In this document: positions 39,142 through 53,209 of the stretch, piece by piece
Layout: the number at the start of each line of letters is the position of its first letter
Numbering within the stretch: the first letter of the stretch is position 1
DNA from: Ramazzottius varieornatus
Lineage: Eukaryota > Animalia > Tardigrada
Assembly: GCA_001949185.1 (NCBI GenBank)
Contig: BDGG01000019.1
Coordinates: forward strand, 99,690 to 163,689
Direction: 5' to 3'
DNA length: 64,000 nucleotides
The notes under the pieces: generated by a model
Seen by the model: the letters and a program-made list of their open reading frames with translations, nothing else
Databases searched by the model: none
What the model was told of the DNA's origin: nothing
Made by a program: the position numbers and the translations under genes

Positions 39142-39863
39142 TTATCGGCGACCAGACTGATTTCCCGAAGAGGAGCCCGACTGCTGGCCTCTCTGCTGTC
39201 CAGAACTTCCCCAGCCGCCGCTCGATTGTCCAGATTGTCCCTGGCTGCTGCCGCTGTCGCTACCCATTCCTTGCCCCGAATGTCCAGACAACGCAACTTT
39301 CTTCGCTTCGTGATTTCGTTTGATGGCTTCCTGATGAATTCTGATCTGTTCTTCGTGGAAGTCGATCTCGGTGTCCAAATGATTCTTGAAGTTCTTTATT
39401 TGCTCAGCTTGCTGCAGCTCAAAGTCCGTCAGATTAATTCAAAGATACCGAGTATTTCCTCACTTACCACTCTGCGGAAGTATTCTTCCTCTCGAGCAGC
39501 CTCCTGTCTGCCAAAAGCACCACCCGCATCCCGAATGCTTCCGCCACTGCCTCCGCCCTGCAAGACAAAAATGTTTTATTATTCGATGAACAATGCCTCT
39601 TCAGTCAGCCTTTCACTGTGTTCCCGTACGTGGCCAGCACCGCTTCCCCACTCTGATGACATGGCTCGGGAGAGAGAAAGAGTCCGGCTAGAACATCAAA
39701 CGAATAGTTAAGGCCGGATAATATGCATTTGGTAAGACAAGGAAGCATTATCCCATCAGCTGATCAGAACAATGCAAACTGTGTAAGGAAGAGATTGCGA
39801 GGAGACGTACCTTGCTGTCACGAGCGGACGCAGCTTTTGCAGAGACATCAGACGCAGAGCCAT
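39142..39863 (-). CDS. ATPIF1: Mitochondrial ATP synthase inhibitor IF1 with a G/S/Q-rich C-terminal extension (4 exons)
   Basis: Spliced product MALRLMSLQKLRPLVTASRTLSLSRAMSSEWGSGAGHGGGSGGSIRDAGGAFGRQEAAREEEYFRRVQAEQIKNFKNHLDTEIDFHEEQIRIHQEAIKRNH...; TATAAA on the minus strand near 39950. Confidence 0.88.
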
Positions 39864-40393
39864 TGTTAAGCAGATGAACGATCCGTACAGGAGAACTTGC
39901 GGATGACAGACGAGAATAAAAGGAGGGAGAAAGAGGAAAGAGACTTTATATGCAGGGATCAGAGTCAGAATTTTCGACTTAATCGCCCCTCAGACAACGC
40001 GCAGTCGCTGGGATTCCTCTGCCTGCTCGAAAGGTCGACTTCAAAGACCGTGACCTGGACGTAACAGTATGCTACAGTATCTACTAGTAGGGACTGTGCG
40101 CAAAATCAATCAACCGAACACATTTCGAACTCTCACATAATCTCTGACATTTGACCGAATCAACTCCGCCCTAAATCGACCTTTGTTGTGGTTTTGGTGA
40201 CGGAAACGTGAGCATCTTGCTTTTCACGTGCGCAACTGCGAGCATCCGTTACATTTCGTCATCTCACAGTTCGGATTTTCCGTTTTCTGATTAGTAAACT
40301 GATCTTCTGCTAGCCTTTGCCACCCTCCAACATCCAGACTCTGCAGAACTTCCATCTATAAAAGAAAGCGGACTCACCCCGACCGCTACCAAG

Positions 40394-41296
40394 ATGGTTA
40401 CCGGAAAGACGGCGGCAGAAGAATGGGACGATAGCTCGTCGGTTGTCAGCTCAGCTGACACGAATGTTTCGCTTCCGCGGGTTCATCACCGCATTGACAG
40501 CCGAGTTAACCGTAAGTATCGCTTTCTTTTATTTTGATCTTCCTGCTAACGAAGGTGGGAACTATACTTGTTGAAATAGATGTGGAACATACGTTAAACG
40601 GAGGGCAGAATGCGCCGGAAGCTCGCGCTGAAAACTTGGATAACCAAGGTATCGTCAGCATCTGTTAGCAGTATCATGAAGAGACGTCCAGCCTGTATAT
40701 TTGCTTGATTACAGAATGTGTCGAAGGCAACAGCCCATCCACTTCCGCGCTGGAATACCGCGCTTCTGCTCAGAAAGCTAATCAAAGTAAGCATTCGCTC
40801 TGCGAGCTTGACTGCCGATTCCAGAACCGTACTTTCAACTGGTAACCGTAAACAAAATTCTAAACAGTCTGTGTTTTTAGTACTCACGCAGGATGACCTG
40901 TACCGTAAAAGCGCGTTTTGCTTCAACTGTTTGAAGTGAGGCCATCATCAGAGCATGTGTGTTGAGCCACTCCGAGCTCGCCGTCCACTTATGCGAGACG
41001 CTGCGCGACGTGTCGGTTTGCTGGCTTTCTTAGCCGACAAAGAAGTCACAGATGCACGCGTGCGTGCAGAGCGCCAGCAAGAAGACCAGCGACGCGCGGA
41101 AGACCGCGCTTTTGAGCAAGCTCGTTTGATGAACGATCGAAAGAAGGAGGACGAAGCCAAGGCAGCTCGACGCCTCAAAGAAGACCACGTTCGGCAGGAT
41201 GAGCGCAACCGCGAGAACGAGTTGGCTGTGGCCAGTGATCGAGCTGAGAAATCACTGTATCGCCGAGACTTCCAGCAACGATTCTATCGTCGTTAA
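40394..41296 (+). pseudogene. Two-exon CCHC zinc-knuckle plus charged coiled-coil gene inside the transposon, with an in-frame TGA
   Basis: TATAAA at ~40357; phase-compatible intron 40512-40880; CFNCLK*GHHQSMC fits CX2CX4HX4C with TGA at 40937-40939; followed by an R/E/D-rich helix. Confidence 0.65.
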
Positions 41297-41950
41297 GATG
41301 ATGAGGGCAATCAGCCTGATAGCTCTACTTCACGTTACAGTCTTCGTGACGTGAAGTCTGTTGTATGGTTTTTTACAGGTACGTTTGGACAAGCGGGGTT
41401 GTACCTTTGTCGAATAATACAAAGAGCTTCGTCTACTTTTTTTTGTTTCCTGTCACTTTTCGATGGTCTCACGCTGTAATCTCAGTTGTACACCATATCG
41501 CGTCTTTTTTCCCGTTCTTCTTTAATACGGCATCTTTGAAGTGACTGCAGTTGTGTCTGAACGGTCTCCTGTCGAAGTTTCCTTTAACGCCCTTTACTAA
41601 AACTTCATCTTTCGAGCTCGCACAAGACCGCACTCTGTTCTTTCCAGCAATCAGCTGAAGTCTATTCCGTTGGTGGATTCGATTGAACCTACATGCTTCG
41701 GACATCCATAGCTCTAATGCAGAATAGAAGACCTGGAATAGAAAAACCAGCATGAGTACCTCAAAGTATCTTTTCTCCGACTTCCGGTTGCCGTTTTTTC
41801 AACCAATCAATATCGTTTTACGTCTAACTGAAAGCTCCTACATTTACTGAGTTCTTCAGTTTCCACAGCTTGTTGTGCCTTCTGCCGAAAGCGGTTATAT
41901 GTTTTGTCCACCAACCTTATGCACCTAGCTTTTTCATCGATTTAGACAAC

Positions 41951-43114
41951 ATGTGCGCGGAAGTCCAAGCGCTCCGAGTTCGTTATGCTCGTCGCGAACG
42001 GAGGATCATTCGACTATTACGATGGCAGACGGACATGTTGCTGTACCGTCATGCTGCTCTCGAATACGAACGGTACTACGTGAGACATGAGATCGATTTA
42101 GTGAATACGCTGAATGAAAAGATGCGATACCACTTTCGGATGGAGAATTATCAGGATTTATGCAGACTACGCGATGCCTTACAACTACCGGAAGCCGTCA
42201 TCGGCGAAAACCGAGTCGTCGTCTCTAGAAGTCTCGCTTTAGCTGTGCCGCTGAAGCGGCTGGCCTTTACAAATAGATGGGTCGACTGCATGGACCTTCT
42301 AGGCCGAGAAAGAACCCAGCTGTCGCGCATCTTCAACGCTACAGTTTCTGCCATATACAGGAAGCACAGTCACCTGTTAGAAAACATGGATCAACCATGG
42401 CTGACGAGGGAACGCGTAGATCTACATGCTAATGCCATACATCGGGCCTGTGGGATTATGGTAGGTCCTTGGCAATCTGTTCATACCAAGAAAAGCTCGG
42501 AAGTCCAGAGCTTTTGTTTGTTACAGATAGCTGTTGGGGCTTCATCGACGGAACTACCCGAGCGATTTTTCGTCCCAAAAGACATCAGAGGGAGCAATAC
42601 AGCGGACACTCACGGAAGCACGTCATGAAGTTTCAAAGTATATGCACTCCAGATGGTATAATCGCGAATATGTATGGTCCCTGTGCAGGTCGCCGTCATG
42701 ACGGTTTCATGTTGGAAGAAAGCAACATGCGCGAGCGACGGCGCCACCTCAGCGAAAAGTGGGGAAGGAAAATGTGTCTCTTCGGCGACAAGGGATACTC
42801 TCTCAGTGAAGAGATTCAAGTTCCCAACGAAGGCAGCCACCTGACAGAAGAACATACAGTTTTCAACAACACAATGTCGCAGATTAGAGTGACTGTAGAG
42901 TACGGTTTTGTGGCGATAGCACGAGATTTTGCGTTCGCAAATTATGAAAAAAATCAGAAAAAATATACTGGCAGCAGGTGGCCAAAACATATTTAGTGAC
43001 TGCCGTTCTGACTGACTGTATGACATGCATGTACGGCTTTCCTCTTGTCCGGAAAAATTTGGCGTCGATCCTCCGCCTCTTGAAATATACTTGGGTTTCG
43101 TAGAAGAAAATTAG
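41951..43114 (+). pseudogene. HARBI1/DDE_Tnp_4-type transposase with one intron and two 3' frameshifts
   Basis: WGFIDGT, YSGHSRKH..KFQ...PDG, GP..GRRHD, FGDKGY, FNNTMSQIRVTVEYGF. The conserved tail continues in shifted frames (TYLVTAVLTDCMTCMYG; FGVDPPPLEIYLG). Confidence 0.88.
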
Positions 43115-43310
43115 CTTGGTTTCCCGGCAGTAAGAAATCGAAATGTATTCGCAAAAACAGCAACCGTTTTTCGTTACTCTATATTTAAGCTTGGTCTACC
43201 GGCTTTCTACCACCGTGGATTATTTCTTTGCGTAGTTAATTAGAACGTCTCGCAGAGTCGTATTAGTTTGAAATAAAATCGGACGATCTTCCGCACGTTC
43301 TTTACTTCGG

Positions 43311-45075
43311 TCAGTCGGATTTCTTTCTCGATTTCCGGGTGTTTTTCTTTGAGCTCCTGTTCTTCCGCGAACTTCTCTTTCCGCCATTCGCGATCGTTCT
43401 TCGCTCTTCCATATCGTTCTGTCTTTCGATTTTGTTCAAGTCACGCATGACCTCGGCCTGACTAGCAGCGGTGTCGTATAATTGGAGTAGATCCGCGGCG
43501 CGGATTCGGCGAGTGGTCCTCGAAGGGAGGGCTGACGATCCAGCGTCATTCACTTTGATAAACATCTTGCCGAGAACAGCACACTAAGGGCTGCGCCGGA
43601 AGTCCGCGCTTGAGACGAAGACTTAAAAGGACTAGAAAGTTTTGTCTCGATCTTGCTGTATCATGAGAACGTTTCTAGGCGGATCAATCGTTTTGAACGA
43701 ATCGAATCCGTTCAGGAACAAAGATTTTCCCTTAGTTGAGGTGAAAACTGTTTCCATAGAATTTTGTAAAGTGGATTTCGCTGGTCGACCTTCGGGAAAC
43801 TGTTGTTCTTCTGCCGTTCCGTCTTTTGCCAGAGCTTTCCGATACGCTGTGGCTATCGCAGCTTTTTTGGCTGCTTTGCTGGTCTCTGTAACAGACGTAG
43901 CTCTGTTTCATCCGTTGCAGATAAGTTCTGTATCTCACTTTCGGAAAGGGTTACCTGTGGCTTCCGGTAGGAACTTAGCCTTTTCTCTGACGGGCTGAGA
44001 TAAACCTTCCACTGGAAGGAGAAAGGACGGTTAAGCGCGGACGACTGTCGCAGGGTTGTTGACTTGTCGGAAAAGAGTCTTACCTAAATTAGGTCGGACA
44101 TCCTGAGCGGGTTCTTCGGCTCCATCTGAGGTATCTTTGTCGCCGACAGAACACAGTGGCGCTGTAGCCTTGTTGCCTGTGGTCATCCCACGAATCAGAC
44201 TTTCGTCTCTGTTTACTGCGCCGCAGCTTCTTTGGTCGGCCTTGGCTGATTATCTCTCTTCACCGCAAGGGACTGAATCACTTGGTCGACTATGTTGACA
44301 GGATCTTCCTCAGCGCCAGATTCTCGTGGGCGCTTTGGATGCTTCTCCTTGAGTTCTTTCACTTTTCGATCAACAAGAGCCCGAAGACTATGCAGAGCAT
44401 CGGCGTCCTTCTTCTTCTGTGCATTGATTTCTTTCTCAGTTTCCGGCATGAGTTCTGGTTCTGTAGGCTGATAAGTGTTCTTAAGGAATGGCGTAGAGAG
44501 ACCTTCCACGCGAGAGTACACTCTTTTCAGGGAGGATACTGATAGGGACTGATATCGTCGACGGCCAGTAGTCTCTCATTAGTTTCCTCTTCGCGGGTTA
44601 ACTTCGGACGAGGCGCAGTAGTGTCGTTGTCCATTTCTTTTCTCGACCGTCTTTTCGGCTTCGGAATCTCTGTCACGTCGCTGTCGAGCTGCGTCCGAAG
44701 TCCATGGGTTGGAACCGCGTAATCTTTTCCTGTTTTTGATCTCTCCCTGTTAACTGGAGCAGCTGAAGACGACGCTGATGTGGGAGAAACTGATGGTGCG
44801 TCATGCACTTGCGCTGGATGTCCGCGCGTTACAGACGGCCTGCTGCTAGTGCCGGATCCTTTTGGCTGATTGCCCGGGATAGTCATAGATAATTGTCCAG
44901 GTGAAGAGAGCAGCGTTACTGCTGGAGTGCTGGAGGTAATTTCGGAGCTGACGACATCAAATAAGTCTTCATCAGCCGACTCACGGGAAAGCGCTGCGTC
45001 CCACAGGAGATCGAGTCCGTTCCATCCATCGTCCGCCATTCCCGGCCAAAACGCACGAGCACAGAATTTTTCCAC
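43311..45075 (-). pseudogene. Low-complexity, fragmented companion gene of the transposon
   Basis: Consecutive minus-strand ORF pieces (182, 102 and 84 aa), S/P/K/E-rich and convergent on the transposase; no domain recognised. Confidence 0.45.
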
Positions 45076-45676
45076 TATTGAAGCACCGAAAGATCAAGGC
45101 GGCCTTCTTCTTGTTATGGTTATACCGGTATTTGAATCAAACTAAACACTTCCGTTGCGTCTTAATTCCCGATGTTACTGTTCTAATGATCGGAGTCAGC
45201 GGAAATTCAAAAACATGTGCGGGGTGGAAATTTCCGTTCGTCGTTCTCACATTTCATCGCCGAGTTTGTGAGCCATCAGCTGCTCACATGACGGCTGACG
45301 GCTCACATTTGGCCTTCGCCCAATACCGAAGTCGGGGTGGAGTCGGTCCGGACCACATGTGACAGTCGTAATGTGAGGGAGCAAATGTGAGCGGTTAATT
45401 GATTTTGCGCACGCAGTCTAGTGACTGTGATAGCTACCTGATTCGGCTGATTGATGCTAAATTCAGCTGTACCACCTCGGGCGGAATTCGTGATGTTAGA
45501 GTCTGCCCCCAGTTTTCGGCAGGGTCACTGAGTTGCTCATCGAAACCTGGAAAAATCGCAGTGCATGTTTTCGTTCTTCCTTTTCTGCTCAGTGCGTAAC
45601 TTGCAGAAGAAGTACGAATCGACTCCCAAGGAGGAGTTTTGGTTTAACAGATCGTCCGCTATTTCAGGATCACGAG

Positions 45677-47164
45677 ATGGCCGATCAGCTAAGGGAACTC
45701 TTCGGATCGGATGAAGATTCGGACGACAACCAGACGCCTTCAGCGCTGCGTATTTCTCCCGCTGAAGATCGATCTTCTCCCCCTGCCCACGACCACGACG
45801 AGAAAGAAACGACGCCAGCTGCGGAAAGTGAACCCGAAGATGGAAATGAAGTGCATGGTTCTCGTCAACCTACCTCTGGCTTCACCCGCGTCCCATCCGA
45901 CGTCGAAGGCTCCGATACTGAACCCACAAAGACAGAAGACCGAGGCAACTCTTCTCAACCCGCTGTGTCCAGTCAACCAGACGTTGAACCTGAGGACGAG
46001 GAAGAAACGCGTGTGGAAGTGACAATTCCACGTCTCGAGCCTAATTTTGAAGGAAGACATATCTACTGGAAGGCACAAGACTTCGTGCGTGCAGATGCCA
46101 ACGCGTTCAAAGCTGACGATGACGATGAGTTTGAAGATTTTGACGAGGATCCACCACTGGAAATTCAACAGGCCATGCGGCAGTCAGTAAAGACGACCAT
46201 GAGATGGCGATGGACGACTGGAGAGAACGGAGATCCGATGATAGAATCGAATACAAAGTTCATCAAATGGTCGGATGGAAGGTATGCTGGTTTTGATGCA
46301 TAACGTCTTTTGCTCCGTACAGTAAAACTGCCGTGCTGCGCAGTTTAGGGCTAAAATTCGTGACGTCATAAATGTGTTGATCGCTTCACTGTGGTGTCAT
46401 ATCATAATATAATTGTGATGTATTGTGTTCTATCATAGCATGTTTTTTTGTAGCCATTCCGTTGTGATCGGCGACGAGTACTTCGACGTTTCCTTCATTC
46501 CTCTGAAAGGCGAACACCATCAGCTGTTCCTGCGACAAGGAACTGGTCTTCAAGGTGGCGTGGTCCTGAAAGAGAGGATGATTCTCCGACCAGCAGTCAC
46601 GAACCCCTTACTGAGGAAGGCCCGCCTGTCTGCTGGCACCCAGTTGTCCACTCGCACTGGTGCTCAGATGGACAAGTCCCGCCAGACGATGATGGCACCG
46701 GTTGGTCAGGAGAAGGATCCGGAGAAGCATCGTGCTGAGCTGATGAAAAAGGAAGACGAACGGCTGAAGGCCTCCATCAGAAGAGAAACTCATCAACGCC
46801 GCGTCCGCGATCGAAGTTATCGGTAAGCAAAAATGGTCACGACTAGGATCAATCGCTGAAAGTAAGAGGGCTATATTTGTTTCACAGGGGTATCACCAGT
46901 GGTTTCTTGGAGGGTAACGACGAGGAAGATGACAACACGGTGTCGCTTTCGGCCATCAAGAACTCCTATAAGAGAGGAGATTTCACTCGTCCCGTCTACT
47001 CCGATGAGGAAGACGACGACGAACCTGGTGACAGCCGCCGCAAGAAGCTGGAAACGGCCAAGGATCTCGATGACGATGATGACGATTTCGGCGTCAAGAA
47101 GAAGAAGACGGATGAAGGTGCGGCGAAGAAGAGAGTAGCCGTTGTATCAGACGAGGAAGATTAA
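45677..47164 (+). CDS. LEO1: PAF1 complex subunit Leo1
   Basis: Acidic N-terminus; TMRWR...ESNTKFIKWSDG, GDEYFDV, LFLRQGTGLQG, DPEKHRAELMKKEDERLKASIRRE. Confidence 0.93.
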
Positions 47165-47453
47165 ACTGTACATATTTTCGCAGGTTTTTTCCTTTTCTTT
47201 CGACATTTCTTAGAGACTGAACAAATGACAAACTATTGTTTAGAAGGCAAAGAAAAACTGTTCTTCGCTTAATGGGAAGAAACAACATTTCACCCTAAAA
47301 GACTATCACACATGAACGACGCGAAGAAGACTCGAATGCACGGATGATACAATAAAAGCAGAGAAATAATTAGGATAAAAAATCGAAAGTGTCGAGAGAA
47401 TCAGAAGATCGGACACAACAGTAGAAATTATTACAGTACAACGAAGTACATGA

Positions 47454-50350
47454 TCAAACGGGTTGGGCTATCGGTTTGTCGAGCTCTTCATCGTCAGCTT
47501 CTTCCTTCTCTTCCACAATGAGGGCGATGGCTGGACCCCAACCGAATAGCTCGATCTCCTTGCGGGAAGCCGGCGAGCATTCAATGGAGTTGCGGGGATA
47601 GGTGGTATAGACTTCGAACTGGTCGGGGACGTCAGGTTGACTGAGAATGTAATGGTACAGATCCTACAATGAACCATATTCTGAACGCTCGCCACTAAGT
47701 TGTCAGGATTGCTTCCCCAAGTGGCGCACGTTTTCCTTGTCACCAGCTGAAGACGTGCGTCACTTGGGAAAACCGATCGTGTCGAGTTGGCTTGTTTTTC
47801 CAAGTGGTGCATGTTTCGTTATTGTTGAATTACGATGTGTGCAACTTATGAAAAAGACTTTGCCGAGCCTGTTTGCCGTGTGTGAGTGTTTGTACAAAGA
47901 CCAAGAGTTTCCTGTAGAATTACCGCCACAACATCAGTGTCGTTGAAACGCCGCTGTATCCGTTTTCCGTTTGGAAGTTTGAAGCTGATACGACAGCAGT
48001 CTGCTGTACCTTCCTTTGGTTCGGCTGGTACTAACCTGGCTGCTTCATGTTTCCTCCTTGCCAAGCTCTGCAATGGAAAACAACGATACCATCTTTTTCC
48101 CGCCAGCGGATATCTCGAAAGAAAAAGGGACTAACCTCGACTCGCTCGATCTCCTCTCGATGTTTCCGTTCTTCCGCTTCCTTCTTGGCATGCTCGGCCT
48201 GCTCCTTTTTCAAAGCTTCCTGACGCTTCTTCTCGGCTTTATCCTGATCAGCTTTGAGCGACTTCTGGAAGGCTTCGTCCTGCTCCTTTCTCAACGTCTG
48301 ATTCATGTCCAGCTGTTGCCTGTAACCATTCAGCGAAAGTTACGTATTATGGCGGAAGTCGTCGTCGAAACGTTTGAGTCTTACCGTTCTTGACGAGCAG
48401 CGTTCAGAAGGCGTTCGTTATGGCCGAACAACTGGGTCAGTTTGTCGATCAGCTGCTCGTGGTTGTGGTATCCTTGCAGTCTTCCGATGAGCGTCATCTG
48501 GTTTCCTTTATTGGCGATCAGTCCCAAGGAAGGATACTTGCTGACCTGTAAGGCTTGCGCTACCTTGTAGCCTTCGGCATACTTTGTGGAACAGCCCCAG
48601 AAGAGCGCACGAGAGTTGATCATAGACACGACATTAGGATGAATCAAGGCATCCCTAAAGTAACAAAAAGCAGCGATAAATCGTTCACTCTGGGAAGAGA
48701 TTCCATCTAGCAGAACACCATAAAATCGAAAGCCGTCATAGTCCAGAATTTGGGCGTGGGCAAACGAACTGAACCAAGTCGTTTTCCCAAGTGGCGCACA
48801 CTTCCAGGCAACAACAATGAAAACGTGCGCCACATGAGATATCAATCTGGTTCCATTCATTTGCCTGCGTCCCATTTGACCCAAACTGGAAGAATCGCTT
48901 AGAATTCCCAAATTTCGAAAGGCTGCCCACCACTGGACCTCCCGGGAGAAAGCCGTGCGACGTACATCGATCACAGTACCTGCAGAAACGGTCGGAATCG
49001 TGAGAGTTGTCCTGGTGTAGGTACAAAAGCAGGAACCGTAGTTCTCTCTTGGCATCCTGATAAGCCTGTAATCAACAACTAAACTGAGACAACTTTCGGA
49101 AATCCAGTTACCGTTAGAAAAGCCATCCGGTTTCCATGAGAAGATTACGTAAGATTCTGTCTTCATACTGTACCTCTTTGTAGCCACCTTGATAGAACAC
49201 TGGATGTGTCGTACCATACATCTCTTCAAAGCCTTCGATGAAGTTCTTCACATCCTGCGTGGGTGTACTAGCAGCTACAAAACAGGGACATCGTCCAACT
49301 CCACAACCATCAGCCATCAGCGCGAATGTTTCATGGAAAGCAAAGGCACAGTAAGAGACTGACTTACGGAAGGAAGGTCCAGCTACGAAAGACCCTGCAT
49401 AAAACGAAAAAATATCATCAACATGCTCACAGGGAAACACGAGCTTTCTGGAAGAACAATTGGGACATCGACAAATGACTCGAACATGATCGCTGTCCCA
49501 AGTGGCGCACACCTCCAGCCAATAACATGAAAAAGTGCGGCACTCAAGATAACGGTCATGTTCCGCCCATTTGCCGCTGTCCCAAATTTCATTTATGACG
49601 GAAAAAAGCTGGCGTAAAGACTTACAGAGGAAACGCAGGAAATCGACGATGGTCGTGTAAGTAAAGCGAACCGGGATGACAACGATAGCTTTCATCCAGT
49701 CCCATAATCCCCAAGGTACGACCGGCGCTGGTCCGCCTTGAAAGCTGCAAAGTAAGAGAACACCTCGTCAAACAAATAAAAGATGAAAAGCTCTCAGACC
49801 CACAAGTCCACGAGAGAAATACGAGTATTAGATAAGAAGAGGAACGACCACAGAACGTACACTTGGGTACTAGAGGGAGAAATGGTCAACCTGGGAGTTC
49901 TTGCTGGATTAGCTGACGTCGTAGGTCCATCTTGCGCCATTGACGCTTCTCTTCTATAGTTTGAACTGTAACGCGCGATAGATGGAAGTCCAGCAGCTTG
50001 ACGTCTTAGCGCATCAGCCTGGTCGTCTTGCTCCCGGAAGATATTTTCCACAGCAGCCTTCATCACAAATTTTAACTACGTTAAACTGAGTCTCTAAAAC
50101 ACGTCAAAATACAAATTACAAACCTGTTCATCCCATCCATTGTGTTCAAGTATACGACGGCACTGATTGATGTCGTCCAAACCCGATAAGTTCTGCAACG
50201 AAGAAAAAGAGGAATTTGATGTGAAATCAATAACGAAAATTATTTTATTTGAAGTTGAGCGTGATTGACAGGCAAAATACGCACTTGAAAGTTGATGAGT
50301 ATCTCCGTCTGCTCTTCACTCAAAGCATCCAAGGGTCTCCTAGCATCCAT
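47454..50350 (-). CDS. FAF2: UBA-UAS-UBX protein FAF2/UBXD8
   Basis: UBA-like N-terminus; YGTTHPVFYQGGY, YLHQDNSHDSDRFC, NQTLRKEQDEAFQKSLKADQ; UBX ISFKLPNGKRIQRRF...TTYPR. Confidence 0.9.
48760..48860. repeat. Intronic palindrome unit, FAF2 intron
   Basis: gaaccaagtcgttttcccaagtggcgcac-N25-gtgcgccacatgaga...ctggttc. Confidence 0.85.
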
Positions 50351-51236
50351 GGCGCGATCTTCCTCCGCAACTACCGCTCTGTATTATCTTCTGAGCAGCA
50401 CGAAGCAGATACCTGGAAAAACTCCAAACGCACGTTAATTAACATGGAGAAAGGATTACAGTATTGTGAGAAATCGAAGCAATCGAAGGGATCGGGAAAC
50501 CATCATCCCTGCAGTCAGCCTTTAAATACTTCATACTATTACCTCGCTTCCCTAACTTCCGCGATGCACGATACACGGTACTGAAACCAACTAACCGAAT
50601 GATATAGGAGATCGTTGAAAGTAGAAGAAATTCCGCAGTCTTCTGGGCTTCCGGTCAGAGTTGACAATAAGGCAGTTATCCAACAGTAGGGTTACTGGGT
50701 TAGGGTCTAAACGAGAGGAGCAGAAGCTTAGAAAGAAGCAGATGAGTATCACAAACGACTGTTGAACTCCCTAAGTTCGCTCCATCCGGAAAGGAGTTCG
50801 GGAGAACTAGAAGAGGGATAAGAATCCAGATTCCAGAGGGAATGCGCAGAAAAGGTCTGAGCAAAAATTTAGAAATGATTCTGACGTGGTCCATTTGCCT
50901 TGCGGGCTTCTGTGGGTTTAAAAAGTCGCAGGAGCACACGCCAATCAGAATAAGGGCAGCAATCAATGTTAACGTTACACATCTTAAAATTGTTGTCCAA
51001 GTGACGTCAGGTATGTGACTGTGATGGTCGGGTGTACAACTATCGCGTCCAGCTGGGAGATTGGACGACAAGGGAACGTGAAGATGAGTTTGTTTTCTGC
51101 TTCACTTTTCTCTGTTCTTCCTCCATTCTTCTAGCTCTGTTGCTGGTTTGTGGGGTAGACAATTGTGTACCGCTCAGGATCAAGTACGAATCTTTTTGCT
51201 CGTGGATATCCGAGTAGAAAGGCGATTGAGGCAAAG

Positions 51237-52333
<1,097 letters not shown>

Positions 52334-52564
52334 AGTTATGTAGAAATTGCTGTCTACAGTTTTACACGTCTATTTACTTCTGTCTTTGTGAATGTCAAGT
52401 TTGTGTTGAAGGTGTGCCGTGGTTTGAGACAATTTTATTATCCAGCATCCGCTAGGTACTTTGTTCGCTCCAGTAGTCAGAAATCCTTTCATACTGAACA
52501 AGTACTCGCAATTTCAAAGAAATCACGACAATTTCTCATGCCGGAAGTGAGATCGTCTGGTACG

Positions 52565-53209
52565 TCATACTTTCTCCGAGATCCAAATGGCTGCTTTGCA
52601 TCCAGTCTGAATAACTTTCGTTAAGGCTCTGTACGCTGGCGCCTGTTCTGCGTCGTGTTTCAGACCGGTATCCAAATGTTCTAGCTCTTCATCTCGGAAC
52701 TGTTTCAGTGTTTGAAGCAACTCCGTAAACTCGCCAGGGTGTTTTTCCATCAGCTCGCGTATCTGGTTGTTGTAGTGCTGTCCGATCGTTGTCTCGACCG
52801 CTACCGTACACGCCATGGCGGCTTGTGATCCCAGCAGCGCCGTGCCAGCTCCTAGTACGAATCCCGCGACGTTCCACAAGGGTAGGAGCGCGGTAGGACG
52901 AGCGCGGTACTGGTTGATCAGCTTCTCGAACGTCTCACGATGATGCACTTCTTGGTCACGCATTTCTTGTATCACATGGCCCACCTTCGTCCGTCCGAGT
53001 ACGGCGAGTTGCCCGGCGTATATCATGTCAGCTCCCACCTCTCCTGCATGGTCCACGCGCAGTATCCGGTCAAGAAGTTCGCTGTTTCGAGCGTCCACTT
53101 TGACTTTAGTTGATGTGGTCGCGCTCGACTGTACGTGACGCGAAGAAGTGCTGAGACATCCGCGGACATTTGACACCGCTTGCCTTAGCACCACAGCATT
53201 CTTCAGCAT
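52565..53209 (-). CDS. COQ7: 5-demethoxyubiquinone hydroxylase (CLK-1), intronless CDS
   Basis: ILRVDHAGEVGADMIYAGQ, EVHH, AMACTVAVE...HYNNQ, FRDEELEH diiron motifs. Confidence 0.96.
   Translation of the reverse strand: MLKNAVVLRQAVSNVRGCLSTSSRHVQSSATTSTKVKVDARNSELLDRILRVDHAGEVGADMIYAGQLAVLGRTKVGHVIQEMRDQEVHHRETFEKLINQYRARPTALLPLWNVAGFVLGAGTALLGSQAAMACTVAVETTIGQHYNNQIRELMEKHPGEFTELLQTLKQFRDEELEHLDTGLKHDAEQAPAYRALTKVIQTGCKAAIWISEKV

Larger units (their letters stand above)
40091..45418. mobile_element. PIF/Harbinger-superfamily DNA transposon, ~5.3 kb, decayed, three genes
   Basis: Imperfect TIRs ggactgtgcgcaaaatcaatcaaccgaacacattt / aaatgtgagcggttaattgattttgcgcacgcagtc; TAG on both flanks is a candidate 3-bp TSD; internal DDE transposase. 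Confidence 0.8.

Noticed and set aside
39630-39662. IF1 starting at MSSEWG with no mitochondrial presequence
   Set aside because: An upstream exon (ATG at 39863) splices in frame and supplies a typical Arg/Leu/Ser-rich presequence.
42940-42970. A-rich run in the transposase as a programmed frameshift site
   Set aside because: A second frameshift follows and neighbouring genes are also broken, so decay or homopolymer error is simpler.
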